NCBI GenBank assembly: GCA_049322655.1
Contig: JBMORP010000006.1
Coordinates: forward strand, 128,410-192,409
Source of the DNA: Patescibacteria group bacterium
Lineage (GTDB): Bacteria; Patescibacteriota; Microgenomatia; UBA1400; PJMF01
DNA: 64,000 nt
Direction of reading: 5' to 3'
The translations under genes and the position numbers were made by a program. The notes below the pieces were generated by a model. It did not search any database. It was not told the DNA's origin and saw only the letters and a program-made list of their open reading frames with translations. This document shows positions 9,706 to 19,728 of this stretch, piece after piece; the first letter of the stretch is position 1, and every line of letters starts with the position of its first letter.

Positions 9706-11340
9706 TCACTTTATTAAATCACAAAAAATATGATCTTCATCTCTAGAATTCTTGGGGTCAGGTCTATATTCTAAAGGTAAATTTTTTGCTAATGATCTAT
9801 CTCTACCTGAAAATCTAACTTGTTTATAACCAACCTTGATTGCAATTTCCTTTAAATATTGAGGGGTTAAAATGTTTTTGTGAACATAATCATCCCAAAT
9901 TCCAGTCCCAATACCATCATAACCGTCTTTAAATTTGGTTTGTCTGTTCTTTAATGAAGGAAAAAGGCTAGGAGTACTAATTCGATGAACTGATCCAGGC
10001 TTAAGAACTCTGTATACCTCAGCTAAAAGTAGGATTTGTTCTTTTTGATTCAAGTGCTCTATAAAATCTTCATGAAATACTACTTCTACAGAGCTACTTG
10101 GTAACGGGATTTTATGTTTGGTTACATCAAAGAGATAAAAATCTTTTCTAGTTCCCCTAATTTGAGCTGGATAAAATTTGTTGGTGTAGTATTTTAAGTA
10201 TTTTTGGTAATGTTCATACCTGATATCAAGATTTATCCAGTTTTTTAAAACTCTTGGACCAGAACCCAAATGTATTTTTTTAACTTTTGTATCTTTGGCT
10301 AATTTTTTTAATCTTTCGTAATCTTTTCTTTTATGATTCTTTTTTGTAAAGCTTAAATCAACAGTTTTTATGTCTTTGATATGTTTTTTTAAGAAATAAT
10401 AAATATCTATTAAGTAAAGTTTGACTAAAAAGTAAGGAACATACTTAAAAGTATCACTGTTTAAATATTTAAATTTGCTAAGTATTTTTTTAATATAAAA
10501 TTTTGTTCCGAGATCATCATTGTATTTTTTATAAATTTTAAAAAGATTTAAATAAAAATAATTGGCTAAGTTGTAGTTTATTTCTTTATTAAATTGACCA
10601 TTAAAATAATTATTTAATGTCTCACAGGTTTGAACTCCACCATCATCAAATATTTTTATTTCATCATTTTTATTATTTGGTTTTGAGATGCCATTATCAT
10701 GTCTCCTATACACTCCCATTACATCTTTAAAATATTTCATCTTCCCATATTTAGTAAAAATTATTTGCAATAACCAATCGGCACCACTAATATTTTGGGA
10801 AATTTTATAAAATTCTCTCAAGATTTGCTTGTTATTTTTAAAAACTAAAGAACACGTAGCCCCAGAGCTACCAAATTTTAAAAGATCATTAATAGTTGAG
10901 ATAGATCTATAATTTTTTCCAAGCCACTCAATGTATTTATTTTCATTTTGATAATAAACAAAGACGTTATGAGAAGTAATTGTAAAATCAGGATTTTTTT
11001 CTAAAAAATCTACCTGTTTTTGTAATTTTAGTGGGTCTGTCCAATAGTCATCACCTTCACAGTAAGCGATGTATTTACCAGTAGCTTTTTGTAAAATTAT
11101 TGGAGTAATTTTTTTGCCAAGTGAATATTGATTCTTTTTTTGAATAATTAATTTTATTATTTTTGGGTATTTTTTTTGAAAATTATTTATAATTCTTTGT
11201 GTTTTATCAGTAGAAGCATCATCATGAATGATTATTTCTATAGGAAAGTTAGTTTTTTGATTTAAAAATCCATTGATAGTCTTTTTTATATATTTTTCTT
11301 GATTGTATGTTATGCAGCAAATAGATAAAAGTGGTTTCAC
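9706..11340 (-). CDS. Fusion: N-terminal GT2 + C-terminal SAM methyltransferase
   Basis: ITYNQE, HDDASTD, CEGDDYWTDPLKLQKQ; then IHLGSGP, HEDFIEHL, RVLKPG. Confidence 0.88.
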   Translation of the reverse strand: MKPLLSICCITYNQEKYIKKTINGFLNQKTNFPIEIIIHDDASTDKTQRIINNFQKKYPKIIKLIIQKKNQYSLGKKITPIILQKATGKYIAYCEGDDYWTDPLKLQKQVDFLEKNPDFTITSHNVFVYYQNENKYIEWLGKNYRSISTINDLLKFGSSGATCSLVFKNNKQILREFYKISQNISGADWLLQIIFTKYGKMKYFKDVMGVYRRHDNGISKPNNKNDEIKIFDDGGVQTCETLNNYFNGQFNKEINYNLANYFYLNLFKIYKKYNDDLGTKFYIKKILSKFKYLNSDTFKYVPYFLVKLYLIDIYYFLKKHIKDIKTVDLSFTKKNHKRKDYERLKKLAKDTKVKKIHLGSGPRVLKNWINLDIRYEHYQKYLKYYTNKFYPAQIRGTRKDFYLFDVTKHKIPLPSSSVEVVFHEDFIEHLNQKEQILLLAEVYRVLKPGSVHRISTPSLFPSLKNRQTKFKDGYDGIGTGIWDDYVHKNILTPQYLKEIAIKVGYKQVRFSGRDRSLAKNLPLEYRPDPKNSRDEDHIFCDLIK

Positions 11341-12176
11341 ATCAAACTTTCAGCGAAAATAATTGGGCGTCTAAAAAATTCACTATTATTTTTTATATTT
11401 ATATCCTCTAGAAAATTAGTTAGAAGTTTTTCTGAATTATTATCTAAAAGATCAACTAATATTTTTTTATTAATCTCTTGATAAACAAAATGATCTTTTT
11501 TTCTATGTGGATATATTATTTTTAATATTTTATAACTTTCGTTATTAAATAATTTGATTAAATATTTAATTTTTTCAATATCTTTTTCTAAAGAAATTAT
11601 TGGTTTTTGTTTGTTACCTCCCCAGTTAAAACCCATTTGGAAAATCAAGTATTTAGTTCTCGTTGCCATTTTTTTTAAATACTTACTAATATAAAGATTA
11701 AAATCATCAAGATTACTTATTTTATCTTGAGAAAAATCAACTCCGGCATGATGCAAAACATTAAATAATAAAATTAGATCAGTTTTTTTTAATTTATTAA
11801 TATTATTAAGAACTACTGACTCTTTATTTAAAGATAGATTGCTGATTTTAAAACAGTCTTTTATTAATTCCATAAATTGGCAATGAATTTCATTTTGTTC
11901 TATGGCTGTTATTTTTTTATTTGTAAAATCATGTGCTAATGATAAAGAAAAAAATCCACTATTAGCTCCAATATCTGCAATACTATCAATATGGTATTTA
12001 TTTAATATTTTTTTTAAAAAAGCGTATCTTGATAAATCGTCTCTCCACAAATGATCTAGCACTTCATTATAATCAAGTTCACCTTTTAAAAAGTCAGGAA
12101 TACTCTGATATCTGTAATGTTTTGAATTTTTGTTATAAAGATTCTTTAACTTATTTTTTAACGATTCTTTTTTCAT
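11337..12176 (-). CDS. SAM-dependent methyltransferase
   Basis: ADIGANSGFFS motif I; LLFNVLHH. Confidence 0.8.
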   Translation of the reverse strand: MKKESLKNKLKNLYNKNSKHYRYQSIPDFLKGELDYNEVLDHLWRDDLSRYAFLKKILNKYHIDSIADIGANSGFFSLSLAHDFTNKKITAIEQNEIHCQFMELIKDCFKISNLSLNKESVVLNNINKLKKTDLILLFNVLHHAGVDFSQDKISNLDDFNLYISKYLKKMATRTKYLIFQMGFNWGGNKQKPIISLEKDIEKIKYLIKLFNNESYKILKIIYPHRKKDHFVYQEINKKILVDLLDNNSEKLLTNFLEDINIKNNSEFFRRPIIFAESLM

Positions 12177-13264
12177 ATTCCAAGCTCCTTCATAAAAACT
12201 CTAATTGTATCTAACTTAAAATAGACATCATAAAAGAAGTGTTTGAGTAAAAAAACGATTAAATATCTTGGCTTTTTTATATACCAAGTAATTTCTTTAT
12301 TATTTTTAATATTCTCTATAAAGCCACCCAACCATAAATAAGTTGTTTTTTCTGTTTTGTTGTTTTTAATTTTTATATTTATATTATCCTCAATAAATTT
12401 AGTTAGAATTTCATCCTGTGTCTCTGCAATCAAATTCATTGGGCCCCATAGTCTCGGATTTGCTTCAATAAAGAAGAATTTATTTTTTATTTGCTTTACT
12501 TCAATCATTATCAATCCATGAAATTTTAAATCTTTTAAAATTCTTTCAAATTTGTAACTGATTGTTTTAAAGTGAAGATTAGATTTTTTAGCAAAAATTA
12601 TAGACTTTCCATTATATTGCTGAGCCAAATTTTTTTGTGATGACTTAAAAATTATTCCGTTCTTACTGATATAGTATAGAAGGTAATAACTTTGTCCATT
12701 AATATATTCTTGGTAAAAAAAGTCTCTTTGATCTTCTTTTAACAAAAAATTAGCTTTTTCTTGATTGTTAAATATTAAATATGGATATTTAGTCTCTTTT
12801 TTTATATTTACAATTGGTTTGGCAACAAATGGGTAATCTAGTTTAAATAGTTTTTTAAATTCTTTTGGAATTAAAATATCATTTTTCTTTAAATAATTGG
12901 CAAAAGATTTTTTATTACTTACTTTTAAATATAAACTTTTATTGACTAATGGAACTAAAATCTTATTTTTTAAAAGTATCAAATTGTTTTTCAATAAAAA
13001 TTGATTTAAAAATTCTGAGGTTGGTAATATAACTACATTATCAAAATTTATTTTTTTTCTGATAGTTATTATTTCTTTGGCACTCAGACTATCACTTTTT
13101 CTAGTAAAAATTACATTTTTTTTATATTTAGTTAGAAATACAAGATCAGTTTTACTTTTAGCAATAATAAAAAAATTGACATTATATTTTGAAAAAAGTC
13201 TGCAAATTACAATAATGGCTCTAAAGTTATAGTCAGAAAATATTAAAAAAGAAGTTTTTTTCAT
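12173..13264 (-). CDS. ATP-grasp fold protein (putative carboxylate-amine ligase)
   Basis: YPFVAKP, FYQEYING, GLIMIEVK, FIEANPRLWG (ExN motif). Confidence 0.8.
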   Translation of the reverse strand: MKKTSFLIFSDYNFRAIIVICRLFSKYNVNFFIIAKSKTDLVFLTKYKKNVIFTRKSDSLSAKEIITIRKKINFDNVVILPTSEFLNQFLLKNNLILLKNKILVPLVNKSLYLKVSNKKSFANYLKKNDILIPKEFKKLFKLDYPFVAKPIVNIKKETKYPYLIFNNQEKANFLLKEDQRDFFYQEYINGQSYYLLYYISKNGIIFKSSQKNLAQQYNGKSIIFAKKSNLHFKTISYKFERILKDLKFHGLIMIEVKQIKNKFFFIEANPRLWGPMNLIAETQDEILTKFIEDNINIKIKNNKTEKTTYLWLGGFIENIKNNKEITWYIKKPRYLIVFLLKHFFYDVYFKLDTIRVFMKELGI

Positions 13265-13266
13265 TT

Positions 13267-14346
13267 TTAGTAAATTTCATTAACTATACTTTTTATTTCT
13301 TCATTTGAAATATCATGAAAAAGAGGTAGACATACAATTCTACAGGAAATATTCTCTGATATGGGCATTTTTTGATTTTTAATATATGGCAATTCTGAGA
13401 GTGAAGGATAAAAATATCTTCGTGGGTAAATATTTTTTTTATTTAGTCTTTCAATGACTTCCAAAAGTTTTTTTTCAGAATTAAAAATAATTGGATAATA
13501 GGAATAGTTTGTTTTACAATTTTTATCAACTAATATCTTAGAAATAAAGCTTTTATTGGCTAGTAATTTATCATACAGTTTAGAAGCTTTTTTTCTTCGA
13601 GAGATTAATTTTTTAACATATTTTAAATTAATCAAACCCATTGCTGAGTGAAATTCAGAAATTTTACCATTGATACCAACACCCCAATAATCATATTGGC
13701 CATTATGACCAAAGTTTCTCATATATTCTATTTTATGAGCTAACTTCTTATCATTTGTAATGATTACTCCACCCTCTACAGTATGAAAAACTTTAGTAGC
13801 GTGAAAACTAATAATAGAAATATCTCCATAACTGGCTAGGCTTTTTTCGTAATATTTTGACCCAAATGTATGAGCAGCATCATAAATAACTTCAAGATTA
13901 TATTTTTTAGCAATCTTTTTTATGACTTCAACATTGGTGGGATAGCCAAAAATATGAGTAGCTAAAATAGCTCTGGTTTTTTTAGTAATTTTTTGTTCTA
14001 TTTCTTTTGGATCAATCATCAAAGTTTGTGGGTCTATATCTGCAAAAATTGGTTTGTATCCTTCCCAAACAATTGCTGAAGTAGTCGCTACATAAGAAAA
14101 AGGAGTGGTAATTATTTCATCACGTTTATCTTTTTCTAAAGATTTAATAGCTATCTGTAGAGCAGTGGTTCCATTGTTAACTAGGAATAAATACTTTACA
14201 CCTAAAAACTTTTTAAGTTTTTCTTCTAAATTTCTAGTTAATTTACCGTTGTTTGTTAACCAGCCACTAGACCAGATTTTTTCTAAATATTCAAAATATT
14301 CTTTTTTATTTGGTAGAAAACTTTTAGTTACATTAATTATTTTCAT
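13267..14346 (-). CDS. vioA: DegT/DnrJ PLP aminotransferase, VioA-type (dTDP-4-amino-4,6-dideoxyglucose transaminase)
   Basis: WLTNNG, NGTTAL, TTPFSYVAT, YDAAHTFG, SFHATKVFHTVEGG, GINGKISE, RRYFYP. Confidence 0.8.
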   Translation of the reverse strand: MKIINVTKSFLPNKKEYFEYLEKIWSSGWLTNNGKLTRNLEEKLKKFLGVKYLFLVNNGTTALQIAIKSLEKDKRDEIITTPFSYVATTSAIVWEGYKPIFADIDPQTLMIDPKEIEQKITKKTRAILATHIFGYPTNVEVIKKIAKKYNLEVIYDAAHTFGSKYYEKSLASYGDISIISFHATKVFHTVEGGVIITNDKKLAHKIEYMRNFGHNGQYDYWGVGINGKISEFHSAMGLINLKYVKKLISRRKKASKLYDKLLANKSFISKILVDKNCKTNYSYYPIIFNSEKKLLEVIERLNKKNIYPRRYFYPSLSELPYIKNQKMPISENISCRIVCLPLFHDISNEEIKSIVNEIY

Positions 14347-15539
14347 TGAGTTCTTTTGTTCTCACTAAGTATGTTTATTATTCCAATATTTATTTTTTTA
14401 TTTTTGTTAGACCATTTTGGAATAATCTTAAATTTACTAAGTCTTTCTCCATAGAACCAGTCTTTAGAGTCATCTTGGTAACCTCCAATGTAAATATAGT
14501 AATCATCTGGTCTTAATAAATTTTCTTTTATTATAAATTCAGATACAAACTCTCCTTTTTTAATTGTTTCTGGTTTACTAGTATCTTGAATAGAAAAAAT
14601 TCTACAATCTTGATTGTAAATTGATAGGGTAATTCTAATATTTTCAATTTTTTCTTTAACTTTTCCAAATACTTTGATTTTTAATTCTTCACTTGGATTA
14701 ATAGTTGCACCATTAGTTAATCCATTTATTCTTACTTTATTAATACTTACCTTTTTGGCTAAAGGGCCAAAAAATTCACTTTCGTTAAAAGAAGTATTAT
14801 TTAGATATTTAGCTATTACTGTATTTGTTTTTCCAATTTGTAAAATGTTTCCTTCTTTTAAAAAGATTGTTTTTTCACAAAGAGTGTTAATAGAACCCAT
14901 GTCGTGACTAACAAAAATAACTGTTTTCCCAGATTTAGCTAGATCATTCATTTTACCTAAGCACTTTTTTTGAAACTCAGCATCACCTACAGCTAGTACT
15001 TCATCTACTAGTAAAATATCAGCATCTAAGTGAGCAGCCACAGCAAAAGCTAAGCGAACATACATACCAGAGGAATATCTTTTAACAGGTGTATCTAAAA
15101 ATTTTTCTATTCCAGAAAACTTTACAATTTCATTAAACTTACTTTGAATTTCTTGTTTACCCATGCCCAAAATAGCACCATTAAGATAGATATTTTCTCG
15201 GCCGGTTAATTCTGGGTTAAAACCGGTACCAACCTCTAAAAGTGAAGCAATTTTGCCTTTCATAGTAATTTTGCCTTCAGTTGGTTCAACAATTCTAGAA
15301 AGAATTTTAAGTAATGTAGATTTGCCGGCTCCATTACGGCCAATAATTCCTACTACTTCTCCTTTTTTAATTTCAAAACTAACATTCTTTAATGCCCAGA
15401 ATTCTTCACTATTTTGCTTTTTAAATATTTTTTCTGGTAACTTCATTAGTTGGTCACGAAGTGTCACATAGGTATCTTGCTTACCTATTTTGTATTTTTT
15501 ACTTAAATTCTCAACTTTAATAACAACGTCTTTTTTCAT
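14343..15539 (-). CDS. wzt: Polysaccharide ABC exporter ATPase with C-terminal carbohydrate-binding (Wzt_C-like) extension
   Basis: GRNGAGKST, YSSGMYVRLAFA, LLVDEVLAVGD, plus a ~150 aa beta-rich C-terminal domain. Confidence 0.92.
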   Translation of the reverse strand: MKKDVVIKVENLSKKYKIGKQDTYVTLRDQLMKLPEKIFKKQNSEEFWALKNVSFEIKKGEVVGIIGRNGAGKSTLLKILSRIVEPTEGKITMKGKIASLLEVGTGFNPELTGRENIYLNGAILGMGKQEIQSKFNEIVKFSGIEKFLDTPVKRYSSGMYVRLAFAVAAHLDADILLVDEVLAVGDAEFQKKCLGKMNDLAKSGKTVIFVSHDMGSINTLCEKTIFLKEGNILQIGKTNTVIAKYLNNTSFNESEFFGPLAKKVSINKVRINGLTNGATINPSEELKIKVFGKVKEKIENIRITLSIYNQDCRIFSIQDTSKPETIKKGEFVSEFIIKENLLRPDDYYIYIGGYQDDSKDWFYGERLSKFKIIPKWSNKNKKINIGIINILSENKRTQ

Positions 15540-16361
15540 TTAAATAATATCCGTAAAGTATTTTTCCACTGATTTAAAATAAAACGCTCCAGAAACAAAA
15601 ATAAGAGTACTGGTTAGTAAAGCTATGGTTAAAGCAGTCCAGTTGAAGTTATTTAAGCCTAAAATTAGGCTTCTATGAGCTTCAATAAAACCAGTCATTG
15701 GGTTCAAATATAGTAAACTTTTAAACCTAGGCGCAATCGAAACTGGATAAATCACTGGAGTAAAAAACAACATCAGCTGAATAAAAAATGGAACTGCATA
15801 ACGAACATCTCTGTACTTAACATTAATTGCAGATAACCATAGACCTATTCCAGAAGCTAAAAACCAGGTTGTTATTGCTAACAACGGAATAGTGAAAATA
15901 AAAACAGACGGTACTATTTTAAAATAAATCAATAAAACTACTAATAACAAAGCTGAGATTAAATAGTCTACTAATCCGGTCATAGTTGAGGCTAAGGGAA
16001 TAATAATTCTTGGAAAATAAACTTTAGTAATTAAGTTAGTACTACCAATTAAACTGCTACTAGCTGCTGAAATGGCAGATGTAAAATACATCCATAAAAT
16101 TAGGCCTGAGTAAGAAAAGATTGGATATGGAACTCCATCAGAAGCTACATTCATGATGGTGCCAAAGAAAAATGAAAAGACTACCATTGTGGTAAATGGT
16201 TGAAGAATAGCCCACAGACCACCAATTAGGGTTTGTTTATATCTAACCTTGATATCTCTCACCACAAACGTCCAAAATAGCTCTCGATATTCCCAAATCT
16301 CCTGCCAATCAATAAATTGAAATCTGCCCTTTGGCTTGATAATGGTTATTTTTTCACTCAT
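15540..16361 (-). CDS. wzm: Polysaccharide ABC exporter permease (ABC-2)
   Basis: RDIKVRYKQTLIGGLWAILQP, LITKVYFPR, YRDV, LNPM; about 6 TM segments. Confidence 0.92.
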   Translation of the reverse strand: MSEKITIIKPKGRFQFIDWQEIWEYRELFWTFVVRDIKVRYKQTLIGGLWAILQPFTTMVVFSFFFGTIMNVASDGVPYPIFSYSGLILWMYFTSAISAASSSLIGSTNLITKVYFPRIIIPLASTMTGLVDYLISALLLVVLLIYFKIVPSVFIFTIPLLAITTWFLASGIGLWLSAINVKYRDVRYAVPFFIQLMLFFTPVIYPVSIAPRFKSLLYLNPMTGFIEAHRSLILGLNNFNWTALTIALLTSTLIFVSGAFYFKSVEKYFTDII

Positions 16362-16362
16362 T

Positions 16363-17298
16363 TTATTTATTATCTTGATACCATTCCACGGTTTTCTTTA
16401 AGCCTTCCTCAAAAGAAACCTTGGATTCAAAGCCAAATTCTTTTTTTGCTCTGGAAACATCTAGTTTTCTGCGTGGTTGACCATCTGGTTTATCTGCATT
16501 AAACATCACTTTGCCTTTGTAACCCACCACTTTTTTGATAGTTTGAGCTAGCTCTTTGATAGAAATCTCAAAACTAGAACCCAAGTTAACTGGCTCGCTA
16601 CTATTATAACTTTCTGTGGCCAAAACAATGGCTCTGGCAGCGTCTTCAACATATAAGAACTCACGAGTGGGTTTACCAGTTCCCCAGATTTCAACATTTG
16701 GTTTATTTTTTTCTTTAGCATCAACAAATTTTTTAATCAAAGCCGGAATCACGTGAGAGGATTTTGGATCAAAATTATCAGCAGGACCATACAAATTGAC
16801 TGGCAATAAGTAAATAGCATTAAAATTATATTGTTGGCGATATGCTTGAGCTTGAACTAACAACATCTTTTTTGCCAAACCATAGGGAGCATTAGTCTCC
16901 TCTGGATAGCCATTCCATAAATTTTCTTCTTTAAATGGCACTGGAGTAAACTTGGGATAAGCACAAATCGTCCCAATGCCGACAAACTTCTTAACCTTGG
17001 CTTTTCTCGCTTCTTCCATTAGGTGAATACCCATCATTAGATTGTCATAAAACAAAGTCCCAGGAAATTCTTGGTTGTAGCCAATTCCACCAACATTGGC
17101 AGCTAGGTGAATCACGATATCTACATTTTTGACTAATTTGGCGCAATCAGCTTTTTCACGCAAATCATAATCTTTAGACCGAGGAATAATGATTTTTTTG
17201 GGATTTAGAGTTTTAAGTAACTGAACCAAATGAGATCCAAGAAATCCGGCTCCACCTGTCACTAGAATAGTTTTATTTTTCCAAAAAGATTTTTTCAT
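16363..17298 (-). CDS. fcl: GDP-L-fucose synthase
   Basis: GGAGFLG, AANVGGI, CAYPK, YGLAK, NLYGP.DNFD...SHVIPALI, WGTGKPTREFLYV. Confidence 0.9.
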   Translation of the reverse strand: MKKSFWKNKTILVTGGAGFLGSHLVQLLKTLNPKKIIIPRSKDYDLREKADCAKLVKNVDIVIHLAANVGGIGYNQEFPGTLFYDNLMMGIHLMEEARKAKVKKFVGIGTICAYPKFTPVPFKEENLWNGYPEETNAPYGLAKKMLLVQAQAYRQQYNFNAIYLLPVNLYGPADNFDPKSSHVIPALIKKFVDAKEKNKPNVEIWGTGKPTREFLYVEDAARAIVLATESYNSSEPVNLGSSFEISIKELAQTIKKVVGYKGKVMFNADKPDGQPRRKLDVSRAKKEFGFESKVSFEEGLKKTVEWYQDNK

Positions 17299-17323
17299 AC
17301 CTTATGTTTATACCTTATTATAA

Positions 17324-18784
17324 CTAAAAATTCTTGGTCACTTTAGGAGATAAATAACCATTTATTTGATCAAATTCTATAAGAATTTTTTGACCAGCTT
17401 CAGTTTCATAATCTGATCTAATAATATCACTGAAGTTAAATATTTCTCCTTTTCCAACTGAGTTTTTATTCTTACTGAAAATATTTACCTGTCTATCACC
17501 CAACTTAGAGGAAAAATATCCCAGTTCGACTACTTTCTCTTGATCATCATGATCAATAAAAATAGTAGCTCCGGTTGGTAGATCATGATATAAAAAATTA
17601 TTTAGACGACCAATTTCTTGATATGTTTGATAGTGAAATTGTTGATATGAAACACCCCTCTTAATAACTCCAACCCAATTTAACCCTCTTTTTTGGAAAA
17701 ATCCAATAAACAAAAAAAATAACAAAAGTGATGAGAAAAAAACCTGTTTTTTGATTTTTCTAAATAATTCTTTATTCCAAAAGCTAATTTCAATAAAAAT
17801 AAACATGAATCCAAAGAAAAGAGGAAGATAATGATATCTCTCAAGCTGATATTCCCAGCTAAAAACAAATAAAAGTGATTCTATAAATCCAATTAATATA
17901 ACAAATAACCATAAATTCCTAATTAAAAACCTCTTTATATTTTTAAAACTAAACTCTTTTATCAGCCTAATACATGAAATAAAACCTATTCCCAATAAAG
18001 GCAGATAAAACTCCGCAAATTCCAGCCTTGTAACTAGTAAACTATGCCAAATTCGATTAGGCGCAAAACTCATTGAAGAAGAATATCCCTTAAATTTTGG
18101 CATTAATAAGTAAAAAATAAGGCCCTGTAAAAACAAGGTAAAAAATAATAATATCAGTCTTTTTTTGTTTCTAAATTTTTGAAATAAATGGGTAAATATA
18201 AAGAATCCGAGCATTGGAAAAATCAATAAAGTGGTTTCTTTTGTACCTAGAGAAAACATTAAAAGAATATTTCCAATCAAGAAATCTTTGATGTTTAATT
18301 TATCTATCCTTATTTTCCTTAACCACACTAAAAACCAGATTATTCCCAATACCTGCCTTGGTTCTGCTGTTCCCAGTCTGTAAAAATTATCAATAGTTGC
18401 AGGGACAATCAAAAAAACAAGCAACCCAGATTTTAAAAGATTTTTATTAATATTTTCAAAACTAGTTATAAATGTCCAAATACCAATCAGGGTTAGTGAA
18501 AGAACAATTGCTTGACCAAACCAAAAAATAAAAGGGTTAACTCCACCAAGTAAATAAAGAGCCACAAAATACAATTGATAAAAAGGCCTCGTCCTTCCTA
18601 AATGACTTTCAAATAAAATGCTTTGCCAATTCTTTCCCTCTATAAAGTTTTTTGCATTCAGCAAACTTTGGCCATCATCTATATAGGAAAAATTAGGATT
18701 TACTATGTTTGGAGATAAATAAACAAAAGAAATCAATATTAACCAAAAGAAGGGTTTTTTAATAAGTTTTTTGATAAATATCAT
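17324..18784 (-). CDS. Polytopic membrane protein, putative GT-C glycosyltransferase
   Basis: About 10 TM segments, DD pair in loop 1 (YIDDG), GRTRP, TKET, ERY; lies next to a GtrB-like gene. Confidence 0.55.
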   Translation of the reverse strand: MIFIKKLIKKPFFWLILISFVYLSPNIVNPNFSYIDDGQSLLNAKNFIEGKNWQSILFESHLGRTRPFYQLYFVALYLLGGVNPFIFWFGQAIVLSLTLIGIWTFITSFENINKNLLKSGLLVFLIVPATIDNFYRLGTAEPRQVLGIIWFLVWLRKIRIDKLNIKDFLIGNILLMFSLGTKETTLLIFPMLGFFIFTHLFQKFRNKKRLILLFFTLFLQGLIFYLLMPKFKGYSSSMSFAPNRIWHSLLVTRLEFAEFYLPLLGIGFISCIRLIKEFSFKNIKRFLIRNLWLFVILIGFIESLLFVFSWEYQLERYHYLPLFFGFMFIFIEISFWNKELFRKIKKQVFFSSLLLFFLFIGFFQKRGLNWVGVIKRGVSYQQFHYQTYQEIGRLNNFLYHDLPTGATIFIDHDDQEKVVELGYFSSKLGDRQVNIFSKNKNSVGKGEIFNFSDIIRSDYETEAGQKILIEFDQINGYLSPKVTKNF

Positions 18785-19728
18785 CTCTTTTTCTCAACTT
18801 TATCAATGGATTTGATGAAAAAGTCAGGTCTCCTTTTTGTTTCATCATAGATTGCAGCCACATAAACACCCAAAAGTCCCAAAAACAAAGATAAAAAACC
18901 TCCAATAACTAAAACTACAAATAAAACACTAGCCCAACCACTAACAACTCCTGTACCCCAGAATTTCATATAAATAACATAAACAGCGTATATAAATGCG
19001 AAGAAAAATAAGATAAGACTGAAAATACCAGATAAATACAGTGGTTTAGTACTAAATGAGGTTAATCCATGAAGAGCAAGTTGAAACATCTTGAGATAAC
19101 TATATTTACTTTTTCCACGAGCTCTTTTTTCTGCTTTAAAAGGTAAAATAATAGTCTTAAATCCTAACCACTGAATCATTCCTCTCAAAAACTTTCTTTT
19201 TTCAGGCATTAAAAGTAATGCATCAACAACATTTCTACTCATTAGCCTAAAGTCTGCTCCATTTTTAGTTATTTTATTGTCAGTTAATCTATTTAAAACT
19301 TCATAAAAAGTCTTACTTAAAGCTTTTTTTAAAAAAGAGATTTCTTTATGATCTATTCTTTTTGTTAAAACAACCTCATATCCTTTTTTATTTAAATCAA
19401 TCATTTCAAGGACAACTGATAAAGGATGTTGCAGATCTGCATCTAAAGTAACAACTAACTCACCACTACTTTCTTTTAATCCTGCGAGCAATGCTGATTG
19501 GTGACCAAAATTTCTTGTAAAACTAACAATCTTTACCTCAAATCTAGATTTAATTTTTTTTAGTTTTTCCAAACTTTTATCACTGCTTCCATCATTAACA
19601 AAAATAATTTCAGTATTTTTTGGAAATTTATTTTCGAATTTAATTAATTCTTTTGCTAATAATGGAATAACTTCTGCTTCGTTAAAAATTGGAAAAACTA
19701 ATGATAATTGGGTTGATTTGTTTTTCAT
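18781..19728 (-). CDS. Undecaprenyl-phosphate glycosyltransferase (GtrB/YkoT-like GT2)
   Basis: TRNFGHQSAL, LDADLQHP, DFRLMSR, FLRGMIQWLGF, two C-terminal TM segments, RRP. Confidence 0.88.
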   Translation of the reverse strand: MKNKSTQLSLVFPIFNEAEVIPLLAKELIKFENKFPKNTEIIFVNDGSSDKSLEKLKKIKSRFEVKIVSFTRNFGHQSALLAGLKESSGELVVTLDADLQHPLSVVLEMIDLNKKGYEVVLTKRIDHKEISFLKKALSKTFYEVLNRLTDNKITKNGADFRLMSRNVVDALLLMPEKRKFLRGMIQWLGFKTIILPFKAEKRARGKSKYSYLKMFQLALHGLTSFSTKPLYLSGIFSLILFFFAFIYAVYVIYMKFWGTGVVSGWASVLFVVLVIGGFLSLFLGLLGVYVAAIYDETKRRPDFFIKSIDKVEKKR

